DNA of 64,000 nt from assembly GCF_041146345.1 (NCBI RefSeq), contig NW_027191409.1, positions 434,001-498,000 of the forward strand, read 5' to 3'. Below are positions 36,868 through 49,058 of this stretch, piece by piece. The notes under the pieces are model-generated. The model searched no databases. It saw only the letters and a program-made list of their open reading frames with translations, and was not told where the DNA came from. Position 1 is the first letter of the stretch. Every line of letters begins with the position of its first letter. The DNA comes from Neodothiora populina. Taxonomy: Eukaryota. Made by a program: the position numbers and the translations under genes.

Positions 36868-38756
36868 CTACGTCCTGCTACGTGTGAGTGGCCTGACCCG
36901 GAAGCGTGAGAGTTCGCATAGCTCGTGCTTGCTGCTCAATGGCTCATGGCCATTGCTACCTGGGCGCGCGCACGCGATCCAGCAGAAGTCATTCCCCGAC
37001 TCATCGAAGACAGCCTCCTCTCCACCGCCTCCACATATCTTGGATCGGGCTCGTTTCTGACTTTGATGGATCTATCTTGCGCATCAGCATGTGTCCTTTG
37101 ACTCGTTGGTCTGTATGGTACTTACGGTCTTCGAATACATTGCGGGCACCTGTGATGCCCGCATTTATCACAGTTCTGCGATTGTAGCAATGGGACGTTG
37201 CAAGTATGACACATGTACCTGATTCTCTGCCGCGGCTTGCGGTATACTCGCTGCAGTGTAGAGCTCGCAAGAAAGTCACGATCGAGGGTCATGATAGGGC
37301 TATTGCTCAATCGGCGGCATTCTGTATTACTTCTTAGTACACAAGTCCTTATTGAAAACAGGAAGTTCTCAGACTCACCCTCGGCTCTGTAAGAAGTCAT
37401 TGGTGGCAGGGAATGTATTGACGCTCTGCTCCGAGCATTTCGAGCTGATCCAGGTACCGTGTCAGGTACGATATGCGAAAAAGGGCGTAAAGTACGAGCT
37501 GGATTCTGGAATTCATCGCGGCGAAGAAAGCCATGCTGCACAGAGGAATGTTGCTCAGTGGCATTGTTTAGTGCCGTGGAGATATCAGTAGTCGACGAGG
37601 CTTGACTGGTGCCATCCTCTACAGTCGCAGTGTATCTCGGTTGGTCAGAAGTACCGGGCTTGCCGGTATCTTGTACAGGACTGGGCGTCACTGCAGGATT
37701 GTTCGAGCTCTCCGATGCCGTGCCCATGGGCATCGGTGCTTTGCCCTTCCACCGCGGACGCTCATCTTGGCCAGACTCCAGGACGTTTTCCAGGCTGATT
37801 GTATGAGTGTCGCTTTCCGACATATGTTCAGACGACGACGGGCCTTCGATATCAACCTCGGGAGGTAGTAACATGTCGTGTGGTGGTCGATCATTCGAGC
37901 ATTCTTGTCCATCATTTCCTTTTGAACCACCCTGTTCAACCACTTCACTTGGACTTGTTGTTGTTACAACCAAATCATCATTAGGCCGGCTCAGGTGCGT
38001 GCTTTCGCTAGCCAAACCAAGACATGCTGCATCTTGCACGAATTGCTTTGTGTCGGCGAGTGCATCTGTGTTGACTGCAAGTGGACTCGTGTCCCTACGT
38101 AGTTCTGCCATGCCGGCGGCGCCTTCCATGGTTGACTGCGCAAACTGCCTATCGCTGGAGAGCACGGTCTCAGTCCTCCTTCCCGACGATCGAGGACATC
38201 GCTTGCAAATATCGTGACCGCATGCTTTGCACCTTTTGTGCTGGCTGAAGTCCAATCCGCACTCATGGCAGGATCGATGAACTCTCATCCGTGGTGCCCT
38301 TTGGACGCGATGGACAACAGGAGACTGCTCGGGTGTTGGAAGATGGTGTGGTTTGATTTCAATGCCATACCTTGCCATGAGCCTTTGCGATCGACTACTT
38401 TGAGCAGAAGTGCGTTCCAAGGTCCATTCGCCCGCGAGGTGGCGGCCGCCCGTGAGAGTCCTAGAGTCTACCAAACTTGGATCCAACGATGATGTATCCA
38501 GCGAGGCAGGAGAAGAAGCATTAAGGTCATACGCAGCAAGTAGGGAAGTACTGTCCACATTGCTTGAAGGCTGATCACGATGCACATTCGATTGAGGTCC
38601 ATCTGGATTTTCGTAAGGTGGACTGGTATCCTGTGGGCTCAGTGCATCAATAGTCTCTGCCAGATCACGTCCGTCTGCTCGCCGGAATGGCGTAGTGATC
38701 CTCTGCAGAGCTCTCCGTATATGGTCTCTCCTCGAAGGCTCATCTGAAGATGACAT
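36868..38756 (-). CDS. Hypothetical protein with two CxxC..CxxCxHxxCxxC putative zinc-binding modules; exons 38756-37379, 37321-37126, 37071-36868
   Basis: RVHRSCHECGLDFSQHKRCKACGHDICKRCPR and RIRYMCHTCNVPLLQSQNCDKCGHHRCPQCIR. Introns 37378-37322 (GTGAGT..CAG) and 37125-37072 (GTAAGT..GCTGAT..TAG); the last exon reads ..EPDPRYVEAVERRL. Confidence 0.7.
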
Positions 38757-41700
38757 ATTTTTTGACCAAGTATGGTTTTCTGAATTGTCACAGTAAAAGT
38801 CGTAGGTCTTTGACGAAGTGTGAGATGAACGCTCGCGTCAGTGTCAATAGAGGAAGTCCTGAGCCTTGTAGGAGAACCTTTCAAGATCGATCACTGGCAA
38901 TTCAAGGAGGTATTGTTCTTAAAGAGTAGTAATGTCCGAAAATAGCAGAACGATATGTCCAAGCATCAATGATGATCTTCGCTAGGTCAGAAGAGCATGT
39001 TTGTGCAATGAGAACGAGTTGATGACAAGCATACAAGTAAAGCCATACGCAAGTATGATTATCGAAATATTGTCCACGTAGTTGAGCAGCTTTGGGATTA
39101 TCAATGTTGATACGTGCAACGCCAAGATAAAGAAAAGGTAGGCACTTACAAGATGTCAAGGGACGATTCCCAGTTTTGTGGAAAGAGGTGGGGAGATTCC
39201 TGGCGGGTCATCAGGGTTACTTAGAGTCAGCTCACTAAGACAGATGAGGTGAGGGTGGAGAAGCACGGGTTCGACGGCGTCGAGTAAGGTATGCACGAAT
39301 GAGCGGTACGCAGTGCTCTCTCTGCTCGATTGGATCCTCTTTGTTCGCGTCTACCTGCCACTAACTCTACCTGCAGGCCTAAGCCGGGCAGGGAGTGTCT
39401 ACACAGCTATCTGTACCGCAACGTTGTATTTCAGTTCGCACGTCTGTAGCACAAGAAGACAAACCATCGTTGTCAATTTGCACTCGGAATCGGTGGAACA
39501 GATACCTTAGTGCATTTGACTCGGTCATCACATCGGTGTGGTCTTGGACAGGCGGTGCGTACTCCAGCTGTTCCATGGACCTGGTCCGCGACCCAGAGCC
39601 AGGGTCTACAGGAGGGAAATGCTCAGTTGAGCCCCACACGAGCTTGCATTTCGCAACGGGCGTTCCGCCAGACGGGAGCGATCACTCACAAAGCCGACAA
39701 AAACAGTCAGTGCGCAAAACCGCGCCCACAGAACAATGAAGCTTTTTGTCGTTGGCCAGACCACACAAAAGTCATTGCTGGCACCACAATTCCCTTTTTA
39801 GTCTAACTTCGGGCATAGATCTCGAGCTTTGTGCTCGTTGTTACTTGTACTTGGTGTCGACATGACTCTTGCAGATTACGCGGCTAAATCAAAAGACATT
39901 TCGACTTCTATTGTGGATTATCGTACTGTGAGGGTCCGGTCTGAAGTGCACGAAACCCAATATATTGGGACAGACCTGGTTAGCCTTCCGAGATGCGGTT
40001 ACCGACGGGCCTCCCCGGCCACTATGGTGGCTACAAGGTTTGGCGTATGCAGTACGTCTCAAAGCTTATATATTGTACTCGGAACAAGGTCGCCCTTGGC
40101 TTGCTGTCGCTTGCAGACCTCACAGCTGCAAGGACGATCATACACAAGCGAATGGACGAAAGATACGAGCCGCATCTGCTGATCCGTCCACGTGTAGACT
40201 ATCATAAACGGTGGCGCATGTATCTTATATTGTATGTTTCATTTCGTCAAGTGCAAGCGGAGACAAGTACATGGCAAAGTGTATGCCAATGCAGCCAAAG
40301 ACGATGGAATACATCATGTTCATGCTTTGACGTTGCTGTTCGCGGCCACTCGCAGTAGTCTCGGGCACTTCGGACCACGAGTCGTCTGCCCGACGCGAAT
40401 GTGGCTGTTCCTGATTTGGAACATGTGGTGTCGCCATGGTCACTATTCCATCGTCATGTCAAGAACCATGTGGGACTTCGACGTGCCTGACAATCTATAC
40501 AAGTCCGCTTGCAAGGCGGTTAGTGTCTTATGAACGCGCTCGTTGACAGGTACACACAGGGATGTATCCTTGATCATGACCCTTGGCTCTGACATCAGGG
40601 GGTCCTTGTATCTGATAAGATGTAGCAAAGTATCGAATATTCATCGAGTCATTGATCGAGACGTTATACAGATGACTGAGGGCGATACGAGTTCTGATAC
40701 GGGTGATTGAGAGAATGTCCACCATTTCGCCTAAACGCTTGAGGATGCAGGAGTGAAGGAAGCAGGCGGACGATATTTCACCGTCTAGCGAGCATCGCTA
40801 GGAAAATTGGCGATCGAAGACCGCTGTTCGAGATCTTGATCTGGTGCACTAAAACAAAACCCGGACACACTCATGAAGGCTCAATAGCGTGATAACATAT
40901 TACTTGCACATCATCATCAATACCAGCATATTGGTCGTCAAGTTTAGCGGCTGACAACAGATGGTTCATTCAACATGCTCGGCCACGCGATTTCTGACTT
41001 AGGTAGAAACACAACGCTTATTCAAAGCTAACAAGCAAAGTTACCTTTCCACACAGTAATGATCCAATCCTTGTCTTATATGCTCGTCTACTTGCGTTTG
41101 ACACTGAATGGCTTTACCTAAGTCGTTAGTGGCTGTTCAACAGCCTAGACGTTCGGTGCACGCAAGAATTGTTTCGCGTAAGCATATCTTCAGTTTTCAG
41201 AACCTCGACCTTGACTTTATTCGATCAGCAAGCAACGGTGACGATCTGTAAGACACTCCGCCGAGGGGAAACAAGTATAGTGAAGAGTGGCATTGTACAA
41301 AGGATTGGCAATCTCGTTACCAAACTTTGTGAGCTGCGCAGAGGAAGCCGTTGCGACATCTTTAGCTCTATTTCCAGGATAACCTATGCCGACTATGGTT
41401 TATGCATACCTTAAACTTGAGTCATGGAACGTTGGCGGGTACAATCGTTAGGACCAAGCTGCCTTGCACAACGACTATGTCTATCCCCGGAGACGCCGTG
41501 GGTAGTCATATGCCTTCTAAGCGACGGCTATCAAGGTTCTTGACTCAGTGATCGCAGTCTACTGATTCGCCAGCAATAACACAGGATGTTGTGGCGTTCG
41601 GTCACAATAGCTGGCACAACAGCTTTCATTCGTTGCTAGACATGGGAAACATCCAACTGCCATTCGCCATGTGCGGCCCGTGTGCTCACCACCCGTGCCA

Positions 41701-44523
41701 TGAAGGAAGAAGGAAAGACATGATTCATCTCAAACACTCATAAAGTAGAGTTCAACCCGCTACTGCCATTTGAGTCCGGCTCGTACGCAACAGCAAAGAA
41801 AGCTGACGAAATGGCGCACTATATGTGAATTGGACCCTCCGAAGCGTTCTCAGAGCACGAACAACGCATTACTCCCCGACGCAACCAGGGGTTGACGACA
41901 GGAGTAAGAATCAAGATTGCGCCAAACTAAAAGCTGCCGAGTCGAATGAGAATAAGCCGAATTCGAAAAGGCTGTTCCTTAACGGCTTGTGGGGCCCTAC
42001 TCTATTAAGAGTACAGTATAATGAGACTCACGCACACTTATTCGATCGATGCCCGATCGACAAGCCTGCAAGACTCGCGTCGTGAGCTGTGCACGAACAA
42101 ATAAACTTGACAGCGAATGAGGCCCCATAGGCTTCTTGATCCCGGCGGAAGAGCAAGGTGTCTGGCATCGATGGTTTTAATCTATCCTCACTTTGAAGGG
42201 TACTAAATCGGACAACACAATATCCATACTGGCAGGTAAAGCGAGCTCCGGCCGCTAGCAAATGTCATGTATCCCATTCAAGCAAAAGGTCTACGTCCGT
42301 CCTATCTATGCAAATCTCCAGCGTACACTACCACTGTACACTGCTGTGCCTGTACCTAGATCATACAAGTAATGTACTGCATGTGCTGCCCCCACCGCCA
42401 GCAATCCCAAGAGAAGAAAAGGCAGAGTCCCGAGCGAACCAGGCCAAGCGTTTCCCAGGGCCCTTTTCCTCGGGTCATGTTTCTTTGGACAATCTCTACC
42501 CATTTCCTCTCATTGAGGGCCACCCAGTAGCACAGCGTCGGGTTTTCTGATTATGCTGTGCGTGCGCCAATGACTGGGCTTTTGCGGGGAAAAGAAGTCC
42601 AGGGAGAGTTGCTTGACCATACTAGATACTGTACCTTGCTTTTACACATCCCTTCAGTACCTCATGTGCCTTGAATTCAGAGACAGGGAGTACAGTAAGT
42701 AACACAGCAAGTTGACTCTTATTATCATCGAAATGAGCAAGCACACAACCTCTCATCCGTGACGAGCAACACACAGATAGAGCTAGCATGAGAAGTTGTT
42801 CTCCGCTTCGGTCCATTTCTCAGCACTGGTGCGCGTGGCTTTCTTCATTTCAATACAGGAGTGGACTTGTTTACATTAAATACACAAGTCTATCCACTTT
42901 CCCACCTTGATCGTCAGCTAGCTGTAAATTCTCGTGCAGTAAGATGGCAAGCAGCGCCGCGTATTGATGATAGTGAAGCTACTCTTTTGCTCTCTTTTTG
43001 AAATCGTCGAATGAGATTACCTTAACTTGGTAAGACAAATTAGAGCCGCATGTTCACACCAACATCATCACCAGCAATAACGATAACCGCAATGACAACA
43101 TTGCCATTAAAAATAGCAAAGACAACATCGCAGACGACGATGATGATTACCCAGAACAACCTACGCGTACTCGTACCCTAAGTGCGTAGAGTACAGTAGT
43201 ACACGTCCTACCCTAAAGATACAGTGCATGCAAGTAGACACGAATCCAATCAATTAAACAATCAATCGTCCCGACTGAGACCCCTATCCACTCTTAACTC
43301 GATCCTGAGAGAGTACGACATCTCGTTCGCATCTCGCATCTCGAGATTCGCGATACATCTCGCATGTTGTATCTCGCATGGGTACCAGTAACTGGAGGAT
43401 GATGCACTTGCTGTTGTAGTGTCTTTTCTGCTTGTGGATTACTTCTTTGAACGTATACGTCAATTTCTCGTCTTCATTGTAGATCGATATAACGTCAGTT
43501 GTTCAAACAAGAAGATACGCTCTTTGCACTTACGAGCAAGGTGACCAGTATCGAGAATCGAATTGGTAAGCGAACACATCAGACTTCCGTACGAGGTTTA
43601 GCATATACAGATAAAAAGTCCGCGAGAACGCTTTGATTATTTTCTTTCTACTCTTAGTCTATTTGACTTTTTCTGTAGGTAAGCATTTTTTCACTATTGT
43701 CTGATCATCGACACCTTATGCATTTCGACGATCGAGAGTGCTGTATACTCGGTAGTCGGAGGTCACGACGATAGCGTCACGGCACTATTATTGCCCTTTT
43801 GGTGCGCTCCGATTGGGGTGTCGAGCAAAAACCCTCGCTGACGCGGCCGCACTGCTCGGAACGAGGACTTCGGAACGAGGAGGGCTGATATACAGTAGCT
43901 TCGCTGACTACCATTTTCTCTCCATGTTCCGCGCTGTCCGCGGTGGCGAGTGGCGTGTCGTGACTAGATTAATGGAATGCCGTGTTCTCCGGTTATGTCT
44001 TTGCTAGAAAACCACGAACAGAACAAGAGCTGCTGCCAGTGACAATGCTGTTCCTTCGTCGTCTCGACATGCCACAGTATGAGACTGGGACTAGCATATA
44101 ATAAAAGGTTGTATGGTGGGAGCAAGAGCATCGCCGAGCCTTTGCTGTAGCGACCATATTGGTAAGCGGATGGGCAGTAGTATAGCAAGTGCGCTGATCT
44201 GAACATCGCTGCGCCTTGATTGGCGATGAACACCTGTACGCTATATTGCTGGGATTATGGTTTGTATGTAACGCAACGTATGTGTAAGCTCCACGAAGAC
44301 ACATTCGGATGAAGTGCTCATAACTTGTGCCAATCTTTTAACAGCACCCCCTACAGTACATCGGCGGACGAGTGAGACATGTGTTAGCAATCGACTCGTT
44401 TCGAGGAGCATTCCTTGTTCAGCTGGATGTCGCGAACGTTGTTGCGGACCTGCCGACATACTACCGATAATGGGGCCTGCAGACCTCACGCTACTCGAAG
44501 TTCCTGGCATATACGAGAGAAGA

Positions 44524-46902
44524 CTAAAAGAAGCTATGATTGACTCCTCCATTGCCAAAGCCAGTCATGCCATCGTGCGAGGCGTCAATGCTGTCCATGT
44601 CCATGAATTCAAAGGTTGGATCATGAGGAGCATGGCCAGTTGCATGAGGCATGCCCACAGAGCCATTATTAGCACCTGGTATATGATGTTGTTGTTGTTG
44701 TTGTTGCTGCTGTTGTGGCTGCTGTTGCTGCTGATGTAGTTGATGCTGATGCTGAGGTTGAGGCTGTCTGTGCTGCTGTTGATGCGGTAACGTAGGTGGA
44801 TCGATGCCATCGATGAAAGCTAGATCGCCAGGTACACTCTTGCCCAAAGCGTCTTTTCGCTCGGGCTTCCTCAGATCAGTCGCCACGCCTCCTATGTTGC
44901 AGTCTCCTCTGGCGTTCATCATCTGTCCCGCCTCGAGAATCTCGCCCTGCTTCAACTCGTTCTGGTAGGCGGCGAGGCCTTTGAGTAGAGGAAGCAGCAG
45001 AGAAGCTTCGTACCATCGACCCTTGACGTTCTTGATATCGACTTGGGCGTTTTGTTGATTTGCGATGTTGTTCCAAAACATGGCAGTTCCTTTACCGCCA
45101 ACAGTGTGAGGATTGCGTCGTCGCATATCCTCAGCCATGCGGCCAGTGATTCCTGGCTTGATCCAGCCTTGGGGTGTGGGTTGGCGCGTGTTGTTGTGTC
45201 TTATCTCTGAGTAGGCGAAAACATCTCCGACCAGGTCTAGGCGCTTCCAGCTCTGCGCGTTGAAAGCAGATGACTGTGTGTGCTCCAGAATCTCTCGAAC
45301 GACCAGTATACGAATGTCGGTAGGGTTGGGAGTCTTTATACGCACACTGTCACCTACCCAGATCTTCTCGGCGCCGAGGAAGATTCCACTCCAGCGCAGC
45401 TCAACGATGCCAGGGGTGGGCTCTGTGCGAGACTCCAGGGCAAAGGTGGTGTATGAAGCGTCGACCTGCTTGGCTGCGAGAATAGAACCATCCACACCAA
45501 TCTCGCCTTGACCGAAACGTCCTTGCTGTATGGCACGCCAGTCGGCCGTGTCCCATGTCAGGTTCGGAAGATTGTTGAGGGCTTGATTGGTGAAGGGAGG
45601 CACACTCCAGGCCAGCCAGGGGCGTAGATCGACTGTGCTCTTCGTCTCCGATGCCAATGGTTCGCCAGGCCATGACAAGGGCTGCACCCTGAAGTATGCT
45701 TTCGCCGTGTCATTGGGTAGTTTCCATCGCTGTGTGATGACACCTAGACCCCACGCAGTGCCGCGATTGTACCACACCATCTCGCCTTGGCGGAAGAGGA
45801 AAGACTCGTAGCGTAGGTCGATTTCCTGGTCAAGGAAACGGGGAATGGGAAGTGGGCGCTGAACAGGCGGCTGTGGCGTTGTCGGCTGGGAAGGACTGGA
45901 CATGTTCCGCTGTGTTGTGGCGAGTGAAAGGGGTTGATTGACAGGAGCAAGGTCTCGAGGCGTGCTTTGACGATGTATGGGTTGCTGAGCCTGCAGAGAG
46001 GGGGGAAAGATGGAGCTGGAAGCAGAAGCAGCGGGGTTGGCGACGGATCTGGCAGCTGCAGTCGCACTGGTAGTGGCTGTGGAAGACGCAGAAGTTGCAG
46101 CAGCAGCAGTGGCAGGAGCAGCTGTAGGGAGAGTATTGCTACTATTGTTGACTTTGTTGATGGCGCTCGTATTGCCGTTGCCGCTGCCGATTGTATTTGC
46201 AGTGTTGGCCGCTTGCGTAGGGAGGGCAGGACCAGCAGCAGCAGCAGCAGCAGCAGCAGTAGCAGTGACTGGAGTTTGCGTGACCGGGACTGGCGGCACA
46301 GACTCTCGCTTTACGGCAGCAGAAACGGCAGGTTGTTTCTCAGCAACAGCGACAGACAGTGGCGGCGCAGCTGATCTCTCATCCAATTCCTCAGGACAAC
46401 AGATCTTGCAGGTGCAGTTGTCGGGGTCTCCTGCCTCATCGGTGCAGAGCCACAAGAGATGCGGAAAGAAGTCTGCCGGGCTACGAAAGCGCTTCTTCCG
46501 ACCCATGGGGTGACCGTAGAGATAGGCGTCCTGTCTGTCGTTTCCTCCTCCGGCGTGTGTCTTGGTTGTCGTGACGCTGCGTCCTGGTTCATTGGCTCTC
46601 TTGACGGTCTTGACGTGTTCGAAGAGCCTGTAGTTCTCGGGGAAGGCCACGAGGATGTATCCCTTGTCTGAATCGACCAGGCCCAGCTCTCTCGCGAGCA
46701 TGCTGCCCAGCTTCCTTCTCCAGTCCAGGTGTTTGGCTTCTTCCAGCGCCACTGTGCGGTAGTAGTCGCTGGTCCCTGTCGCGTCTGGGCTGCTGTCCAA
46801 CTGCTCGGTGGTGGGTTGGTTCCCTTCTTTTCGCTTGTGCGAGTTGAGTGTCTCCAGCTTGCCGTCCGACCGGCGCACATAGAGAGGCAGGAATCGCCCC
46901 AT
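44524..46902 (-). CDS. CLR2: Cryptic loci regulator 2-like transcription-silencing protein
   Basis: N-terminal FPENYRLFEH..RQDAYLYGHPMGRKKRFRSPADFFPHLLWL..CTCKIC and C-terminal FRQGEMVW..WGLGVI..LRPWLAW..GIFLGAEKIWVGD..VKGRWYE match fungal Clr2 proteins. Confidence 0.85.
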   Translation of the reverse strand: MGRFLPLYVRRSDGKLETLNSHKRKEGNQPTTEQLDSSPDATGTSDYYRTVALEEAKHLDWRRKLGSMLARELGLVDSDKGYILVAFPENYRLFEHVKTVKRANEPGRSVTTTKTHAGGGNDRQDAYLYGHPMGRKKRFRSPADFFPHLLWLCTDEAGDPDNCTCKICCPEELDERSAAPPLSVAVAEKQPAVSAAVKRESVPPVPVTQTPVTATAAAAAAAAGPALPTQAANTANTIGSGNGNTSAINKVNNSSNTLPTAAPATAAAATSASSTATTSATAAARSVANPAASASSSIFPPSLQAQQPIHRQSTPRDLAPVNQPLSLATTQRNMSSPSQPTTPQPPVQRPLPIPRFLDQEIDLRYESFLFRQGEMVWYNRGTAWGLGVITQRWKLPNDTAKAYFRVQPLSWPGEPLASETKSTVDLRPWLAWSVPPFTNQALNNLPNLTWDTADWRAIQQGRFGQGEIGVDGSILAAKQVDASYTTFALESRTEPTPGIVELRWSGIFLGAEKIWVGDSVRIKTPNPTDIRILVVREILEHTQSSAFNAQSWKRLDLVGDVFAYSEIRHNNTRQPTPQGWIKPGITGRMAEDMRRRNPHTVGGKGTAMFWNNIANQQNAQVDIKNVKGRWYEASLLLPLLKGLAAYQNELKQGEILEAGQMMNARGDCNIGGVATDLRKPERKDALGKSVPGDLAFIDGIDPPTLPHQQQHRQPQPQHQHQLHQQQQQPQQQQQQQQQHHIPGANNGSVGMPHATGHAPHDPTFEFMDMDSIDASHDGMTGFGNGGVNHSFF

Positions 46903-47310
46903 GATGGCGAACCTTTTCGACTGCGCCTTGTATGTGTTGAGACTGCCTTATACCGGCAACAGCTATTGCTATCTGGGTTGTCACAACTGAACCTGCCTTA
47001 TTGGGGACAAGGTCGGTCGCAATCTCTGATCGCCATCTATCAATATCTCTATCGTTGTATCATGGCCATGCACATTTCTAGTAGGAGGGTGTGAAGACGC
47101 AAAGATAAACTCTGAGAATGCTTTTGGGCAGAGTTATGAGATCGCCAGGCACAAAAGCTCCATGTTGACGTACTGTATACTGTATCTGCCTCGTCCCGCA
47201 TTATTCGCTCTAACACGCGTGTTGGACCCTGGCTGCTGCCTCATCTGCATGACGTTCGTTGCTACGAAAAAAGTATATGAACTAGTCAATGGTCCGTAGC
47301 TTCTATCTAC

Positions 47311-47400
47311 GGTTCTGTGGTGTAGTTGGTTATCACTTCTGTCTAACAAGTATTATGTCTTGTGCACAGGCGGTCCCCGGTTCGAACCCGGGCGGAATCA
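47311..47400 (+). tRNA. tRNA-Val(AAC) with 16-nt intron (47349-47364)
   Basis: Acceptor stem GGTTCTG/CGGAATC, D arm TGGTGTAGTTGGTTATCAC, anticodon stem TCTGT/ACAGG with CT-AAC-A, intron after position 37, T arm CCCGG-TTCGAAC-CCGGG, downstream T tracts. Confidence 0.95.
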
Positions 47401-47609
47401 TCCTTTTGCTCTTTTTGTCTCCATTTCCACCGCCATCATGACAGACCAGCAACATGTCTAGAGGTGCTGTTTGTTCTTCTTTTCTTTTACAGGTTCGATT
47501 TGTTGAAAAGGGAGCTTTGGCTCCTGGAAGGCTGCAGCCGTGTAGTGACAAGTTCGTGTACCCTTCCTTGGTATTGTATATATACAGCATGTACAATATA
47601 GCCCGTCCT

Positions 47610-49058
47610 CTACAGACTGTTGTAGATGTTGTCAAACTCGTCCTGCGCATTCTTGTAGCAATCGTGACCGTAGATCATCTTCTGAACGTCGGCATCCGCC
47701 CACTTGTCCGGCACGGACCCCGCCTTGCCGCCTTCTCTCAGCGCCTTGAAGGCCTTGTCTCTCTCCTCCTTGGCAGCTCCCTCGCCCAAGTGCATGTCTC
47801 TGCCGTTAGCAGCAGCCAGGTCGACTAGAGCATACGCCCTGTCCTTTCTGCACACCTCGTACACCTTGAGCGCCTTCGCCACACTCTCGGGCCGGCTATC
47901 TGGGAGCCGACTCAACACCACTGCCAGCACCGCTCCGTCTTCAATCGCTTGTGCCGCACCCTGCGCCAAGTGAGGTAGAGTAGGGTGACAGGCGTCGCCC
48001 ACGAGCGCCATACTCCCACATGTCCACGTGGGCAAGGGTGCGTGTACGCGCAACTTCCACTCGCACACTTCTCCCTCGGGCACCATGTTCAGCATTTTCT
48101 GCACCTTGGGGCAGAAATCGCCGTACACGCGCAGCATCTCCTCCTTGCTGCCGCGCGTCGTGTATGTCTCATCTGGCGCCTCTGCGAAGTTGGTGTCGGG
48201 CTGCGCGGTGGACAGATTATAGATACGTTTGCCTGAAACTGGATATGCAATGATGTGTCGTCGTTCGCCGATCCAGCGAATCACTCGGTCGGCGTCCAGG
48301 AGTTCGAGGAGCTCAGGATCTTTGGCCATTTCTTCACGCGGAAGCATGATGCGGTAGGCGGCTTGGCCTGAGTCTACCACGGTGGCGTCGATGCTCAAGT
48401 CGTGCAGCATTTGCTTTCGGACTTGCGATTTGATTCCGTCCGCGCCGAGGAGGACGTCGCATGTGACGTTGGAAGGGTCGCCTCCGCCCTTGTCTGTGCG
48501 TGGAGTGACTGTGAAAGTAGGCTTTGGGGAAAACAACTGCACGCTGGTGACGGGCGAGGAGAAGTGGAATTTGATCGATGCCGATTCCCGCTTACAGCCT
48601 TCATACATCTCGCCCGCGAGTGATGATCGGTGGCCTACCATGTGTGGGTAGCCATATGTATCGCGGATGTAATGTAGGTCAACATTGGCTAAGCTCTCAT
48701 CCGAAGACCCCTCTGCATAAATCGCGTGCAAGTCAGCTTCCATGTTTCAATTGTCTCGTAATTGTTCTTTCTGCTATCACTGATGCTGGCACTCACGCCT
48801 GATACTGGTAGTCAGGAGATCCACTGCATCCTTGTAGATCTCATCCCATACGCCTAGTCGATCAAGGATTCGAGCCATATTCGGGGCCAATTGGATGCCT
48901 GCTCCTACGAAACCCAGATTCGAGGCGGTTTCGAAGACATCGATATGTGTGAAGCCCTCTTTTGCGAGTGAAAGCGCGCAAGCAAGCCCGCCCATGCCGG
49001 AGCCTGCAATGCAGATGTGCATGTCTTTGACCTTCGTGTCGCCATTGGCGGAAGCCAT
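47610..49058 (-). CDS. FAD-dependent monooxygenase (salicylate hydroxylase-like, ~454 aa); exons 49058-48797, 48712-47610
   Basis: IAGSGMGGL (GxGxxG), VGAGIQLAPN, LLGADGIKS (DG motif), LVGDACHPTLPHLAQGAAQAIEDG (GD motif). Intron 48796-48713. Confidence 0.92.

Noticed and set aside
47610..49058. FAD monooxygenase as part of a secondary-metabolite cluster
   Set aside because: No PKS, NRPS, terpene synthase, cluster transporter or Zn2Cys6 regulator nearby; the neighbours are housekeeping genes.
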